Shown: piece after piece, positions 22,220 through 32,686 of the stretch
Numbering within the stretch: position 1 is the stretch's first letter
Layout of the letters: each line of letters opens with the position of its first letter
Assembly: GCA_903884375.1 (NCBI GenBank)
Contig: CAISER010000035.1
Location: 36-64,035, forward strand
Length of the DNA: 64,000 nucleotides
Direction of reading: 5' to 3'
Origin: Candidatus Collierbacteria bacterium
Lineage (GTDB): Bacteria > Patescibacteriota > Microgenomatia > UBA1400 > MFAQ01
The notes under the pieces: generated by a model
Databases searched by the model: none
What the model was told of the DNA's origin: nothing
The model's input: only the letters and a program-made list of their open reading frames with translations
Made by a program: the position numbers and the translations under genes

Positions 22220-22360
22220 TGTGCTTAATATATATTATGAAAATTGTGTGAAATATAGAGTAATTAAATTACCCATAAAATAATTATGGAAATTTTACTC
22301 CTAAATAATTAAATAAACCATGCGAGTGATAAAATAATATAATTAACATTTACAAATATA

Positions 22361-22945
22361 ATGATCGGATATATTATTTTCGGATTGTTACTTCTTCTTG
22401 CTTTTTATGTAGTTTCCCAATACAACTGGTTTCAAACAACAAAAACACGCATTACTGCGGCTATCCAAGATATTGGTAATCAATTAAAACGCCAATCAAG
22501 TCTTATTCCTAATCTAGAAAACTCAGCTAAAGGTTATTTAAAACACGAAAAGGGAATCTATGAAGAGATCGTGTCTGCCAGAAAATCCGTCGAAAAAGCG
22601 GCTGGAAGCAAAGACATGTCTAAAATTGAAATAGCTTCTGATGCTATAAGTAATTTGATTCCCAAAATTCAAGTGCTTGTTGAAAGCAATCCTGAACTCA
22701 AAGGAGTTGAAGTTGTTACTCGTCTAATGGATGAACTTAGAGACACATCAGACAAGCTGATGTATGCTCGTAGAGTTGTCATTGATCTATCAGCCGAATA
22801 TAACATCAAGGTAGTCACACTTCCCTCAAACATTATTGCCAACATGTTTGGATTTAAGGAACAAAAAGGAATTGTCACTTCAACAGAAGGTGAGCATCTT
22901 GAAGTAAGCAAAGACGAAACGTCTGACCCCAAGATTAGTATATGA
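22361..22945 (+). CDS. lemA: LemA family protein
   Basis: N-terminal TM helix, QLKR..LIPNL, ESNPELK, YN...PSNIIA..FGF. Confidence 0.9.
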   Translation: MIGYIIFGLLLLLAFYVVSQYNWFQTTKTRITAAIQDIGNQLKRQSSLIPNLENSAKGYLKHEKGIYEEIVSARKSVEKAAGSKDMSKIEIASDAISNLIPKIQVLVESNPELKGVEVVTRLMDELRDTSDKLMYARRVVIDLSAEYNIKVVTLPSNIIANMFGFKEQKGIVTSTEGEHLEVSKDETSDPKISI

Positions 22946-23835
22946 AGACGTATTACGATTTGGTTTCTGCCAATAAAACACGAAGTGGCATGATTATTGC
23001 GGTTTTTATCGCATTTATTACTGTTGCTACATATCTTATTTGCTTCGCTCTTGGATTCGATTTTTCAGCTGTAGGAATTGCCTTAATAATTTCTGGAGCC
23101 TTAAGTTATGTAAGTTTCTATTATTCGGATCAGATTATTCTTTCCATTTCAGGAGCTATTCCTGCCAACAAAAAAGATCATTTTGATTATTACACCGTAG
23201 CAGAAAATTTATGTCGACCTGCCAAAATACCTATGCCAAAATTATTTGTATTAAACGATTCGGCAATGAACGCTTTTGCCACCGGAAGAGATCCGGAACA
23301 CGCTATCGTTTGTGCTACTACAGGATTATTGAAAAGATTAAATCGAACAGAACTTGAAGGAGTAATCGCTCATGAGTTTAGTCACATAAGAAATTTCGAC
23401 ACTCGACTAATGAGTATTGTCACAATATTAGTTGGCTTAATTACCTTATTGGCAGATATTCTACTTAGAACCAACATAAGAAATAAATCAGACAAAGATA
23501 ATGGAAATATCGGTGCTATTTTAATGGTTGCCGGAATATTGATGGCATTATTATCACCATTAATTGCTAAGATAATTCAACTTGCTATAAGTAGAAGACG
23601 GGAATTTCTTGCCGATGCAACCGGAGCTTCAATTACTAAATACCCGGAAGGATTGGCAAGTGCTTTAGAAAAATTATCAAATGATAAAGAACCTCTTGAG
23701 GCTGCCAATAAAGCAACATCTCATTTGTATATTGTTAATCCTCTTAAAAATCATCATGATTCAATTGGCTGGTTTGCAAGTTTATTTAATACCCATCCTC
23801 CAGTAGTTGAAAGAATAAAAGCATTGAGGTCATGA
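22942..23835 (+). CDS. htpX: HtpX-like M48 zinc metalloprotease
   Basis: NAFATG, AHEFSH, SRRREFLAD and THPP motifs. Confidence 0.93.
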   Translation: MKTYYDLVSANKTRSGMIIAVFIAFITVATYLICFALGFDFSAVGIALIISGALSYVSFYYSDQIILSISGAIPANKKDHFDYYTVAENLCRPAKIPMPKLFVLNDSAMNAFATGRDPEHAIVCATTGLLKRLNRTELEGVIAHEFSHIRNFDTRLMSIVTILVGLITLLADILLRTNIRNKSDKDNGNIGAILMVAGILMALLSPLIAKIIQLAISRRREFLADATGASITKYPEGLASALEKLSNDKEPLEAANKATSHLYIVNPLKNHHDSIGWFASLFNTHPPVVERIKALRS

Positions 23836-24398
23836 TTAAAGGAAGAGTTTTCCAATCGAAAGAGTTAATTGGCCAAAATTATCAAAAAGAAAAATTTATT
23901 AATTGTAAATTTTCATCTCAATTGATTAGGTATACCTCATTTGAAAACAGTTCTTTTGAAAATTGTGATTTTAGCAATGCAATTTTACAATCGGCATCTT
24001 TTGAAAATTGTGAATTAAAAGAATGTAAATTAAGCTGGATAAATTTTAAAGAGGCTAATATCATTAAATGCAATTTTTATAAATCTATAATCGAAGGTTG
24101 TTCGTTTGAAAAACAAAAATTATCTAACTCGATATTTGAATTATCCAATTTATCTTCAAGCTATTTTCTAAAATGCGATATATCATATGGAAATATATTA
24201 AATTCAATATTAAATAAAAGCGTTTTTGAAAGCTGTAAACTAAACGGGGCAAATTTTTTAGGCTCAAATATTTGTGGAGTTATATTTAATAATTGTAAGA
24301 TATTTAAAACAGAAATTGATATCAATGGCTTCATAAATTACGGTCAAACAAACGGTTTCGTATTGGAAACTCAAAAAGCAAATACAGATAGACTATAA
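23832..24398 (+). CDS. Pentapeptide repeat protein
   Basis: Repeated xFxNC / xFxxS pentapeptides. Confidence 0.85.
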   Translation: MIKGRVFQSKELIGQNYQKEKFINCKFSSQLIRYTSFENSSFENCDFSNAILQSASFENCELKECKLSWINFKEANIIKCNFYKSIIEGCSFEKQKLSNSIFELSNLSSSYFLKCDISYGNILNSILNKSVFESCKLNGANFLGSNICGVIFNNCKIFKTEIDINGFINYGQTNGFVLETQKANTDRL

Positions 24399-24415
24399 AT
24401 TGATACAATAAAGCG

Positions 24416-24739
24416 ATGCATACAGTCACCGTAACATCAGATGACGTGAAGAAAATTGGCAAACTTGCCAATTTAAAACTTCAAGAAGTTGAGGTCAATC
24501 TTTTTGCTGAACAATTTACAAAAACACTTGAAGTTGTTAACCGATTAAACGATATCGACACTAATGGTGTCCAAGCCACTTATCAAGTTAACGGATTATC
24601 AAATGTTACCCGTCCAGACGAGATTGATCAATCTAGAATTCTTTCTCAGGAATCAGCGCTAAGTCAAGCCAATAATGTCCATAACGGTTATTTTGTTGTC
24701 GATAGATTAATAGATTCTGATGCTGAAGAATTAATATGA
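24416..24739 (+). CDS. gatC: Asp/Glu-tRNA amidotransferase subunit C
   Basis: DVKKIGKLANL, RPD and GYFVV; first gene of gatCAB. Confidence 0.88.
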   Translation: MHTVTVTSDDVKKIGKLANLKLQEVEVNLFAEQFTKTLEVVNRLNDIDTNGVQATYQVNGLSNVTRPDEIDQSRILSQESALSQANNVHNGYFVVDRLIDSDAEELI

Positions 24740-26160
24740 AACAACTTCACGAACTAGGCATCAAAGAAATCCATGATGGATATTTAAACAAGAGTTTTAC
24801 CTGTGTAGATTTAGTAAAACATTTTCAAAATAGAATCGATAAATATAATCAAAAATTAAATATTTATCTAGCTTTAAACGATAACGCACTAAAAGAGGCA
24901 GAAACGATTGATAAGGAAATATCAGAAAATGGAATATCAAAACCTTTATTAGGTATTCCATTTGCCGTAAAAGATAATTTTCTCACCGAGGGAATTGAAA
25001 CAACAGCCAGTTCAAATATACTAAAAGGATTTATGCCTCAGTATGAGTCTACAGTAACTCAAAAAATAAAGGAAGCAGGAGCGATTATTCTTGGAAAAAC
25101 AAATATGGACTCCTTTGCTCATGGCTCCAGTACCGAGACATCTGATTTTGGACCAACGGTTAACCCTTGGAATATAGAAAAACTTCCAGGAGGCTCGTCT
25201 GGAGGTTCTGCTGCCGCCATATCAGCCCAATTAGCCACTGTCGCACTTGGGTCAGAAACAGCTGGATCAATAAGGCAACCATCTGCTTGGTGCGGTGTTA
25301 CCGGTTTTAAACCAACCTACGGTAGAGTTAGCCGATATGGCGTTATTGCCATGGCCAGTTCCACAGATTCTCCTGGCCCAATTTGTAAGTCAGTTGAAGA
25401 TTGTGCAATCGTAACAAGTATTATTGCCGGAAGAGATAATAAAGACGCGACAACATGCCCTTCTCCTGTTGAAAAATATTACGAAAGTTTATACTCCCCA
25501 GATTTGCGTGGTTTGCGAATTGGAATAGTAAAAGAATATTTATTGCCTGAAATGCGAGACGACGTTAAAAACATAATATTAGCTGCCGCAGATAAACTTA
25601 GATTATTAGGTGCAACGGTAGAAGAAATATCGCTTTTGGATCCTCATTACTCAATTGGGGTTTACACTGTCATTCAACGATCCGAAGTTAGCTCTAATCT
25701 TGCTCGATTTGATAGTATTCGTTTTGGTCATGATAGAAATTTTTTCTGTGAAGAGACCAAGCGCCGTATTATGCTTGGAACGTATACCCTTTCAGCCGGA
25801 TACTACGATGCATTTTATAAAAAAGCCCAATTGGTACGCACAAAAATAGTCAACGAGTTTAAAGAAACTTTTAATACATATGATGCCATCATCGGTGCTG
25901 TTTCTCCTGGACCAGCACAATCAATCGGTGTTTCAAAAAAACAACCAATGTATGGTGAAATGGAAGATATACTTCTAGAACCATCATCAATTGCTGGATT
26001 AACCAGTATCGGATTACCCTGTGGTTATGTTGACGGATTACCTATTGGTCTACAAATAACGGGCCATCAATTAAAAGAATCTACTGTATTAAAAATTGCT
26101 GATTGTTATCAAAGAAACACAAATTTTCAATTATTTCCCGATCTTGAAAAAATTCTATGA
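24736..26160 (+). CDS. gatA: Asp/Glu-tRNA amidotransferase subunit A
   Basis: GIPFAVKDN, PGGSSGGSAAA, GSIRQP, SSNLARFD and RRIMLGT motifs. Confidence 0.96.
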   Translation: MKQLHELGIKEIHDGYLNKSFTCVDLVKHFQNRIDKYNQKLNIYLALNDNALKEAETIDKEISENGISKPLLGIPFAVKDNFLTEGIETTASSNILKGFMPQYESTVTQKIKEAGAIILGKTNMDSFAHGSSTETSDFGPTVNPWNIEKLPGGSSGGSAAAISAQLATVALGSETAGSIRQPSAWCGVTGFKPTYGRVSRYGVIAMASSTDSPGPICKSVEDCAIVTSIIAGRDNKDATTCPSPVEKYYESLYSPDLRGLRIGIVKEYLLPEMRDDVKNIILAAADKLRLLGATVEEISLLDPHYSIGVYTVIQRSEVSSNLARFDSIRFGHDRNFFCEETKRRIMLGTYTLSAGYYDAFYKKAQLVRTKIVNEFKETFNTYDAIIGAVSPGPAQSIGVSKKQPMYGEMEDILLEPSSIAGLTSIGLPCGYVDGLPIGLQITGHQLKESTVLKIADCYQRNTNFQLFPDLEKIL

Positions 26161-27470
26161 AAATTACTCCAATAATTGGAATTGAAGTACACGTTGAATT
26201 AAAAACAAATTCAAAAATGTTTTGTGGCTGTCCAGCCGATCATTTTGGGAAAGATCCAAACACTCAAACCTGCCCCGTATGCTTGGGGTTACCTGGAGCG
26301 CTTCCGGTACCAAATGAAAAGGCAATCGAATACTGTATTAAAATTGGTCTTGCTCTTAACTGTAAAATAAATTCTCAAAGTAAATTTGACAGGAAACAGT
26401 ATTTTTATCCGGATCTTTCAAAAGGATATCAAATAAGTCAGTATGATGAACCATTTTGCACTGATGGTTACATAGTATTAGATTCCGGGAAAAGAGTTGG
26501 CATAGAACGAGTTCATATGGAAGAAGATACCGGGAAACTTCAGCATCTAATTCTAGAAGGCAAAAAGGTGTCTTTGATTGATTACAACCGTTCCGGTGTT
26601 CCCTTGGTCGAGATTGTTTCTCGACCTGATATTTCTTCATCAATAGAAGCCAAAGAATATTTAAAAAAAATTCACGAAATAATTAAAGCTATTGGGGTTT
26701 CTAGTGCCGATATGGAAAAAGGCCAGATGCGCCTCGAGCCAACAGTCAATGTCTGTCTTGAAGATGAGCATGGTTCCCATTACACACCTTTGGTGGAGAT
26801 AAAAAACATCAACTCTTTCAATTTTGCTTCAGCTGCTATTGACTTTGAAGTAACCAGACAAACCGAGGAGTTCAAAAAAACAGGTGTCGAAAAATCCGCA
26901 ACCAACAAAACAACGAGGGGTTACGACTCAATCAAGAAAATTACTTTCCTTCAGCGTACCAAAGAAGAAGCCAAAGATTATCGTTATTTTCCAGAACCAG
27001 ATATTCCTCCATACATTATTGAAAACGAACTCATCGATAAACTCAAAAGTGAGCTTCCTGAACTCCCAGATCAAGTGATAGTCAAACTTATAGAGAAAGG
27101 AATTGAATCCAAATACGCCAAAATTCTTTATGCCAATCCCGAGTCACTAGCAGTAATTAATAAATTTAATGGTGATAGTGAAATTGAGATTCCAAAACTT
27201 GCTAACCTAATTGCCAATAAAAAGATTGATATCGCAGGGGATGTGAAAGGAGAGTATCTCAAAGCCACCAAAATTGGGAACACCAATATAGATGAGCTCG
27301 AAGGTGTGATCGAAAAAATAATTACTGATAACCCAGGTATTGTTGCCGAGTACAGAAAAGGCAAAATCAATGTTGCTGGTTTCTTCATTGGTCAGGCAAT
27401 GAAAGAGACCAAAGGCCAAGCCGATCCGCGAACGCTAAATCAAGTAGTTATAAGACTTTTAAATAAATAA
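26157..27470 (+). CDS. gatB: Asp/Glu-tRNA amidotransferase subunit B
   Basis: IGIEVHVEL, YFYPDL.KGYQISQ, HMEED and DYRYFPEPD motifs. Confidence 0.97.
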   Translation: MKITPIIGIEVHVELKTNSKMFCGCPADHFGKDPNTQTCPVCLGLPGALPVPNEKAIEYCIKIGLALNCKINSQSKFDRKQYFYPDLSKGYQISQYDEPFCTDGYIVLDSGKRVGIERVHMEEDTGKLQHLILEGKKVSLIDYNRSGVPLVEIVSRPDISSSIEAKEYLKKIHEIIKAIGVSSADMEKGQMRLEPTVNVCLEDEHGSHYTPLVEIKNINSFNFASAAIDFEVTRQTEEFKKTGVEKSATNKTTRGYDSIKKITFLQRTKEEAKDYRYFPEPDIPPYIIENELIDKLKSELPELPDQVIVKLIEKGIESKYAKILYANPESLAVINKFNGDSEIEIPKLANLIANKKIDIAGDVKGEYLKATKIGNTNIDELEGVIEKIITDNPGIVAEYRKGKINVAGFFIGQAMKETKGQADPRTLNQVVIRLLNK

Positions 27471-27845
27471 TCCGAATTTAATTGTTTTTTTGTGTTTTCC
27501 GAAGATTTTAAGAATATTACTATTTTCAATCCACTCAATCTCATCTCCGGGCATAGCGATTGTCATCAACAACAGTTTATCGTTCTTTCTTTGAATTAAC
27601 ATATCCACAGAGTATTCACGGTCGTCATGATCTAGGGTTAACTCACCCTTTAACATTGGAACTACACCTATAATTTTTTTCCCTACAATCTCCTTATCGA
27701 CTTTTATTAATTCCTCACATTCGACAATCTTTTTCCCAGCCAATTCTTCATCTAAATATAATGCCATAAAAAGACAACTGTCTTCTGTGTTTTCATTTTT
27801 TAAACGTTCTGCTTCAAGGTTACCTAAATTAAGTTCATTTTTCAT
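27459..27845 (-). CDS. Hypothetical protein
   Basis: 128-aa ORF filling the gatB-dnaE gap; TATGAT 7 nt before the ATG. Confidence 0.6.
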   Translation of the reverse strand: MKNELNLGNLEAERLKNENTEDSCLFMALYLDEELAGKKIVECEELIKVDKEIVGKKIIGVVPMLKGELTLDHDDREYSVDMLIQRKNDKLLLMTIAMPGDEIEWIENSNILKIFGKHKKTIKFGLFI

Positions 27846-27948
27846 AATTTAAATCATATCACCATGTTAAAAAATATATATAAAAACGATATGCTACTTG
27901 AAAAAAATAATTCCACCAGTGAAGATAGGTAGTAGTAACATAAAAAAG

Positions 27949-30900
27949 ATGTCAAAGTTTACCCACCTACATGTTCATACGGAATTTTCTTTATTGGATG
28001 GGCTATCTAAGATAAGTAAACTTGTTGCCAAGACAAAAGAATATGGTCAAACACATTTAGCCATCACAGACCATGGTGCCATGTATGGGGCAATAGAGTT
28101 TTACAAAAAAACTACAAAGGAAGGAATTATTCCCATTATCGGTTGCGAAGTATATTTGGCAAAAAACTCCCGATTTGATAAAGAAAAACAGGATGCAAAT
28201 CATCTTATTCTATTGTCTGAAAATTTTGAGGGATACCAAAATTTAATGAAGATAGTTACTTTAGGCTTTACAGAAGGGTTCTACTACAAACCTAGAGTTG
28301 ATAAAGAAATACTAAAAAAATTTGCTAAAGGAATTATCTGTACAACAGCTTGTCCCGCAGGTAGAGTACAAAAGCTATTGGTTGAAGAGAACTATGAAGA
28401 AGCCAAAAAAGAACTTCAGGAATACGAAAATATCTTTGGTAGTAAAAATGTATATATCGAACTTCAGAGGCATCATTTCGATCGCTTTGCAATAGCCTCT
28501 TCAGTTCCTTTGGAAATAAAACCCAAGTTATTAGAAATGCATGAAAATCATATCAAAGCAGAAAAAGGCTTAATTAAACTTAGTCGCGAACTCGGGATCC
28601 CACTTATTGCCACCAACGATTCTCATTATATTAATCAAGATGATGCTGCAGCCCAAGATGCCTTGGTTTGTATTCAATCCGGGAAAATGCTTACTGATAT
28701 TAATCGCATTCGTTACATTGACACTCCTGATTTTTATCTTAAATCAACCGATGAAATGGTTAAAGAATTTGAAGATCTTCCGGATGCTATCGATAATACT
28801 CAAAAATTAGCTGATCGTTGCCAAATAGAAATAACAATTGGCCAATGGTATTTCCCAAAAATTAAATTATCTAAAGGCAAAACAGCAGGAGAAACCTTAA
28901 AAGATATGGCATATGCTGGGGCTAAAGAAAAATTTTTGGAAATCACTCCAGAAATAACAGAGCGGTTAAATTATGAACTGGAAACGATTGAAAAGAAAGG
29001 ATATTCGCCATATTTCTTATTAGAATCAGGAATTGTTAATTTTGCTGACGAAGCTGGTATTTATACCAACACTAGAGGTTCTGCCGCCGGATCTCTAGTA
29101 TCATATTGTTGTGGTATCACAACAGTTGACCCCCTTCGTTTCCGTCTTCCGTTCGAACGTTTCTTAAATCCTTTTCGTCCGTCTCCTCCCGATATTGATC
29201 TTGATGTAGCTGATATTCACAGAGATAGTCTAATAGCGTATTTGGCTGATACTTATGGAAAGGAAAAAGTTGGACAAATCTGTACATTTGGAACCATGAA
29301 AGCAAGAGCGGCTGTAAGAGATATCGGTCGTGTTATGGGTATGCCATATTCAAAAGTAGATCTAATTAGTAAAACAATTCCTGAAGGTTCACAAGGTTTT
29401 CCTATGACATTAAAAAAAGCCTTAGAAATCACTCCTGAACTTAATAAAATGAAGGACAATGATTTAGAAGTAGCCAAACTATTGGAGATGGCCCAAAAAG
29501 TCGAAGGTAATGCCAGACACATTTCGGTTCATGCTGCAGCAGTTATCGTTGGTCCTGATGATCTGGTCAAATTTACTCCACTTCAACTAGAAACTGGTGG
29601 GGGAGATCGGGTGATTACTCAGTATGAAATGCATGCCAGTGAAGATATTGGATTAATTAAATTGGATATTTTGGGCATATCAAATCTGACAATACTGGCT
29701 AATGCCGTCAAAATAGTCGAGGCACTTCATAACGTAAAAATAGAAATAAAAAAATTACCTTTAGATGACAAAGAAACTTATGATATGTTAGCTCGTGGTG
29801 AAACTTTTGGTGTTTTTCAAATGGCAGGAGGAGGAATGACAAAGTATTTAATCGATTTACATCCAGAAAGAATAGAAGATCTTATGGCTATGGTTGCCTT
29901 GTATCGTCCTGGTCCAATGGCTTCGATTCCGGAATATATTTCAAGGAAAAGAGATCCTAAACAAATCAAGTACTATGTGCCGGGATTGGAAAAAATACTT
30001 GATATGTCTTATGGCATCATTACTTATCAAGATGATGTTTTGTTTATGGCCATCGACCTTGCTGGATACAACTGGGAAGAGGCCGATAAGTTCAGAAGAG
30101 CCATCGGTAAAAAAATTCCAGAAGAGATGGAAAAACAGCATTCAAAATTCGTTGATGGCTGTGTTGAGTTTGGTCATATTCCAAGAGACAAAGCAGAAGA
30201 ATTGTTTAAACAAATTGAAACTTTTGCTGCTTATGGGTTTAACAAAGCCCATGCTGCATCATATGGCATTGTTTCATACTGGACGGCATACGTAAAAGCT
30301 CATTATCCGGTTGAATACATGACAGCCCTGATGTCCGTAGAAGCAGCCGATACTGATAAAATTGTGACAGCAATAGGGGAGTGCGAAAAACTGGGTATTA
30401 GAGTATTGTCTCCTGATATCAATGAATCCCGTACCGATTTTACAGTTGTTGATTTGGTCAAAGATCAATGGTTAACTGAAGGCCGAGCAAAAGAGACGGG
30501 TAAGGCCATACGATTTGGGTTATCAGCTATAAAAAACGTTGGTGAATCCGCAATTACAGCGATACTGGCTGCACGTAAACAAGGAGACTTTAAATCGTTT
30601 ACCGATTTTTTACGACGAGTAGACCTATCAAAAGTAAACAAGAAAGTCGTTGAATCGTTAATCAAAGCAGGAGCACTAGACCGCTGGGGAAATAGAGCAC
30701 AACTTCTATTATCGCTTCCTATCATTCGAGACAACACGGTAAAACTGCAAAAAGGAAAAGATTCAAGCCAGGTTGGTTTGTTTTCTTCCGTATCTCATTC
30801 AGAAGATTCAACCGACCATCTTCCGGATATTCCTGAAATGCCTTTAGATGACAAACTTAAACTTGAAAAGGAATTATTAGGATTTTATTTAACAGACCAT

Positions 30901-31452
30901 CCTGTAAAAAAAATAGTTCGAATTGTAGCTAATCAAATAAGTCATAAAATAAACCAACTTGATCCAACACTTCATTTAAATCAAATGGTTACGATTGCCG
31001 GTGTAGTATCGCGAGTAAGACTAGTAAATACCAAAAAAAATAATTCCAAAATGGCCTTTATTACCCTAGAGGACGATACCATGCAAATAGACTGTGTCGT
31101 TTTCCCCAAACTTTACGCAGAAAACCCCATTTTTTACACCGAAGATACCGCTTTAATAATAAAAGGAAAAGTTGATAACCGTGATGACAAATTACAAATT
31201 GTTGTTGAGTCTGTCTTTCCCATTGATACTAAACAAACTCCGCAAGATATGGTTCACGAAATCTTTGTAAAGAATGGCACTCCAAAAGATCGTCTGGAAA
31301 AAGTCAGCAATCTTCTCAAGACCCACAAAGGTGACCATGAGATAGTTATCGCGATTGAATCTGGTAATAATTTAAAGAAGATTAAATTACCCTATAAGGT
31401 TGATTTTACGCCAGAACTTGAAAAAGAGGTGGAAAAATCACTCCAAGGCTGA
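27949..31452 (+). CDS. dnaE: DNA polymerase III alpha subunit
   Basis: PHP domain (HLHVHTEFSLLDG, TDHG), RGSAAGS, PDIDLD, GFNKAHA and an OB fold. Start placed at ATG 27949. Confidence 0.97.
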   Translation: MSKFTHLHVHTEFSLLDGLSKISKLVAKTKEYGQTHLAITDHGAMYGAIEFYKKTTKEGIIPIIGCEVYLAKNSRFDKEKQDANHLILLSENFEGYQNLMKIVTLGFTEGFYYKPRVDKEILKKFAKGIICTTACPAGRVQKLLVEENYEEAKKELQEYENIFGSKNVYIELQRHHFDRFAIASSVPLEIKPKLLEMHENHIKAEKGLIKLSRELGIPLIATNDSHYINQDDAAAQDALVCIQSGKMLTDINRIRYIDTPDFYLKSTDEMVKEFEDLPDAIDNTQKLADRCQIEITIGQWYFPKIKLSKGKTAGETLKDMAYAGAKEKFLEITPEITERLNYELETIEKKGYSPYFLLESGIVNFADEAGIYTNTRGSAAGSLVSYCCGITTVDPLRFRLPFERFLNPFRPSPPDIDLDVADIHRDSLIAYLADTYGKEKVGQICTFGTMKARAAVRDIGRVMGMPYSKVDLISKTIPEGSQGFPMTLKKALEITPELNKMKDNDLEVAKLLEMAQKVEGNARHISVHAAAVIVGPDDLVKFTPLQLETGGGDRVITQYEMHASEDIGLIKLDILGISNLTILANAVKIVEALHNVKIEIKKLPLDDKETYDMLARGETFGVFQMAGGGMTKYLIDLHPERIEDLMAMVALYRPGPMASIPEYISRKRDPKQIKYYVPGLEKILDMSYGIITYQDDVLFMAIDLAGYNWEEADKFRRAIGKKIPEEMEKQHSKFVDGCVEFGHIPRDKAEELFKQIETFAAYGFNKAHAASYGIVSYWTAYVKAHYPVEYMTALMSVEAADTDKIVTAIGECEKLGIRVLSPDINESRTDFTVVDLVKDQWLTEGRAKETGKAIRFGLSAIKNVGESAITAILAARKQGDFKSFTDFLRRVDLSKVNKKVVESLIKAGALDRWGNRAQLLLSLPIIRDNTVKLQKGKDSSQVGLFSSVSHSEDSTDHLPDIPEMPLDDKLKLEKELLGFYLTDHPVKKIVRIVANQISHKINQLDPTLHLNQMVTIAGVVSRVRLVNTKKNNSKMAFITLEDDTMQIDCVVFPKLYAENPIFYTEDTALIIKGKVDNRDDKLQIVVESVFPIDTKQTPQDMVHEIFVKNGTPKDRLEKVSNLLKTHKGDHEIVIAIESGNNLKKIKLPYKVDFTPELEKEVEKSLQG

Positions 31453-31493
31453 TAAAATTACGCTTACTTGAACGAAGGCGCTATAATCAAGCA

Positions 31494-31637
31494 TCGTAGT
31501 TAAGCGTCAGAATATATGTACACATATAATCAAGACCTAATAAATATCAGGTAGCGTACTACGAGCGATTATAAGAGGAAACGCAGGAATTTTAGAAATG
31601 TAATGAAATTACACTAAAATTCCGAGTAAGCTCTTAT
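31494..31637 (+). promoter_or_regulatory. Structured 5' leader of rplS (candidate r-protein autoregulatory leader)
   Basis: TATAAT at 31482-31487; stems TCGTAGT/ACTACGA, ATAAGAG/CTCTTAT and GGAATTTTAG/CTAAAATTCC. Confidence 0.55.
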
Positions 31638-31663
31638 GAATATAAATAATTAAACCAAATAAA

Positions 31664-32179
31664 ATGGCAAATCAAATCAAATGGCAAGATAAAATCGAGT
31701 TTGGAGTTGGCGATACCATCAAGGTATCTCAGACTATCAAAGAGGGTGATAAAACCCGTACTCAAGCTTTTCAAGGAATCGTTATTGCGATTAGAGGTAA
31801 CGGCCAAGGAAAGAGTTATATTGTGCGTAAAATTGCCGTTGGAGGGGTTGGTGTTGAGAAAATTTATCCTATAAATACTCCTACCGTAACAGGTATCGAA
31901 ATTGTCAAAAAAGGTAAGGTTAGAAGAGCTAAGTTATATTATCTTAGAAACTTACTTGGTAAAAAAGCAACCAAAATTAAAGATGTCTTTGTTCGTAAAG
32001 GTCAATCAGCTTCAATAGAAGTTCCTCTAGATAACTCAAAAACTGAAATGAAAGAAGAAAATGTTCGACCGGAACCAATCAAGGTTAAAAATGCGCCTAA
32101 AGTGGAAGTAGTAAAAGAAAAAAAGGTCAAAAAGGGACCCAAAAAGATTGTTCGCAAAGAACGTCAATTTGTTCGCTAA
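31664..32179 (+). CDS. rplS: 50S ribosomal protein L19 with a C-terminal extension
   Basis: FGVGDTI.V, RTQAFQG, VRK...GVGVEK and GKVRRAKLYYLR. Confidence 0.96.
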   Translation: MANQIKWQDKIEFGVGDTIKVSQTIKEGDKTRTQAFQGIVIAIRGNGQGKSYIVRKIAVGGVGVEKIYPINTPTVTGIEIVKKGKVRRAKLYYLRNLLGKKATKIKDVFVRKGQSASIEVPLDNSKTEMKEENVRPEPIKVKNAPKVEVVKEKKVKKGPKKIVRKERQFVR

Positions 32180-32190
32180 GCTAAGAAAAC

Positions 32191-32601
32191 CTAAAGGAAT
32201 CTTTTCCCAAGTAAATAACCGGCTCCGGCAACAATCATCGTTACGATTGAACCCCAAACAATATCTATTACAGCAATAAACCATGGCCATTCTTTAACAG
32301 TAGCCCAGTTTGTTAAATCATAAGTCGCATAACAAAAAACACCAAATAGAGCACCAAGCAACAAAGCTTTGTTTAATGAGCCCTCTTTTAGTGAAGGTAT
32401 TATGGCAAAAATAAGAATTCCGATCACGTATCCCAAATAAAATAATCCAGCAGCAAATAAATTTGGTTTTGGAGACATCAAATAACCCAAATGCTTAGCG
32501 TAAAAACTTTTGGCAATTACCATAAGCCAAAAACCATCAACCAATAAATATACCGGTAAAGTCAGAAAATATAACTTAATCAATTGAAAAGTATTTAACA
32601 T
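32191..32601 (-). CDS. DUF2177 family membrane protein
   Basis: YATYDLTN.AT...WP..IDIVWG motif. Confidence 0.88.
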   Translation of the reverse strand: MLNTFQLIKLYFLTLPVYLLVDGFWLMVIAKSFYAKHLGYLMSPKPNLFAAGLFYLGYVIGILIFAIIPSLKEGSLNKALLLGALFGVFCYATYDLTNWATVKEWPWFIAVIDIVWGSIVTMIVAGAGYLLGKRFL

Positions 32602-32631
32602 AAGTACACTATACAAGAAATAATAATATTT

Positions 32632-32660
32632 AAAAAAAGACCCGCATTTTATTGCGGGTC
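32632..32660 (-). terminator. Intrinsic terminator of the 635-aa gene
   Basis: GACCCGCA/TGCGGGTC stem followed by T7 on the minus strand. Confidence 0.75.
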
Positions 32661-32686
32661 AATCAAACTATTTAACTACGGGAAAC

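Noticed and set aside
27898-31452. Possible intein in dnaE
   Set aside because: The length is normal. Only short loop insertions are present, with no C/S...HN intein ends or LAGLIDADG motifs.
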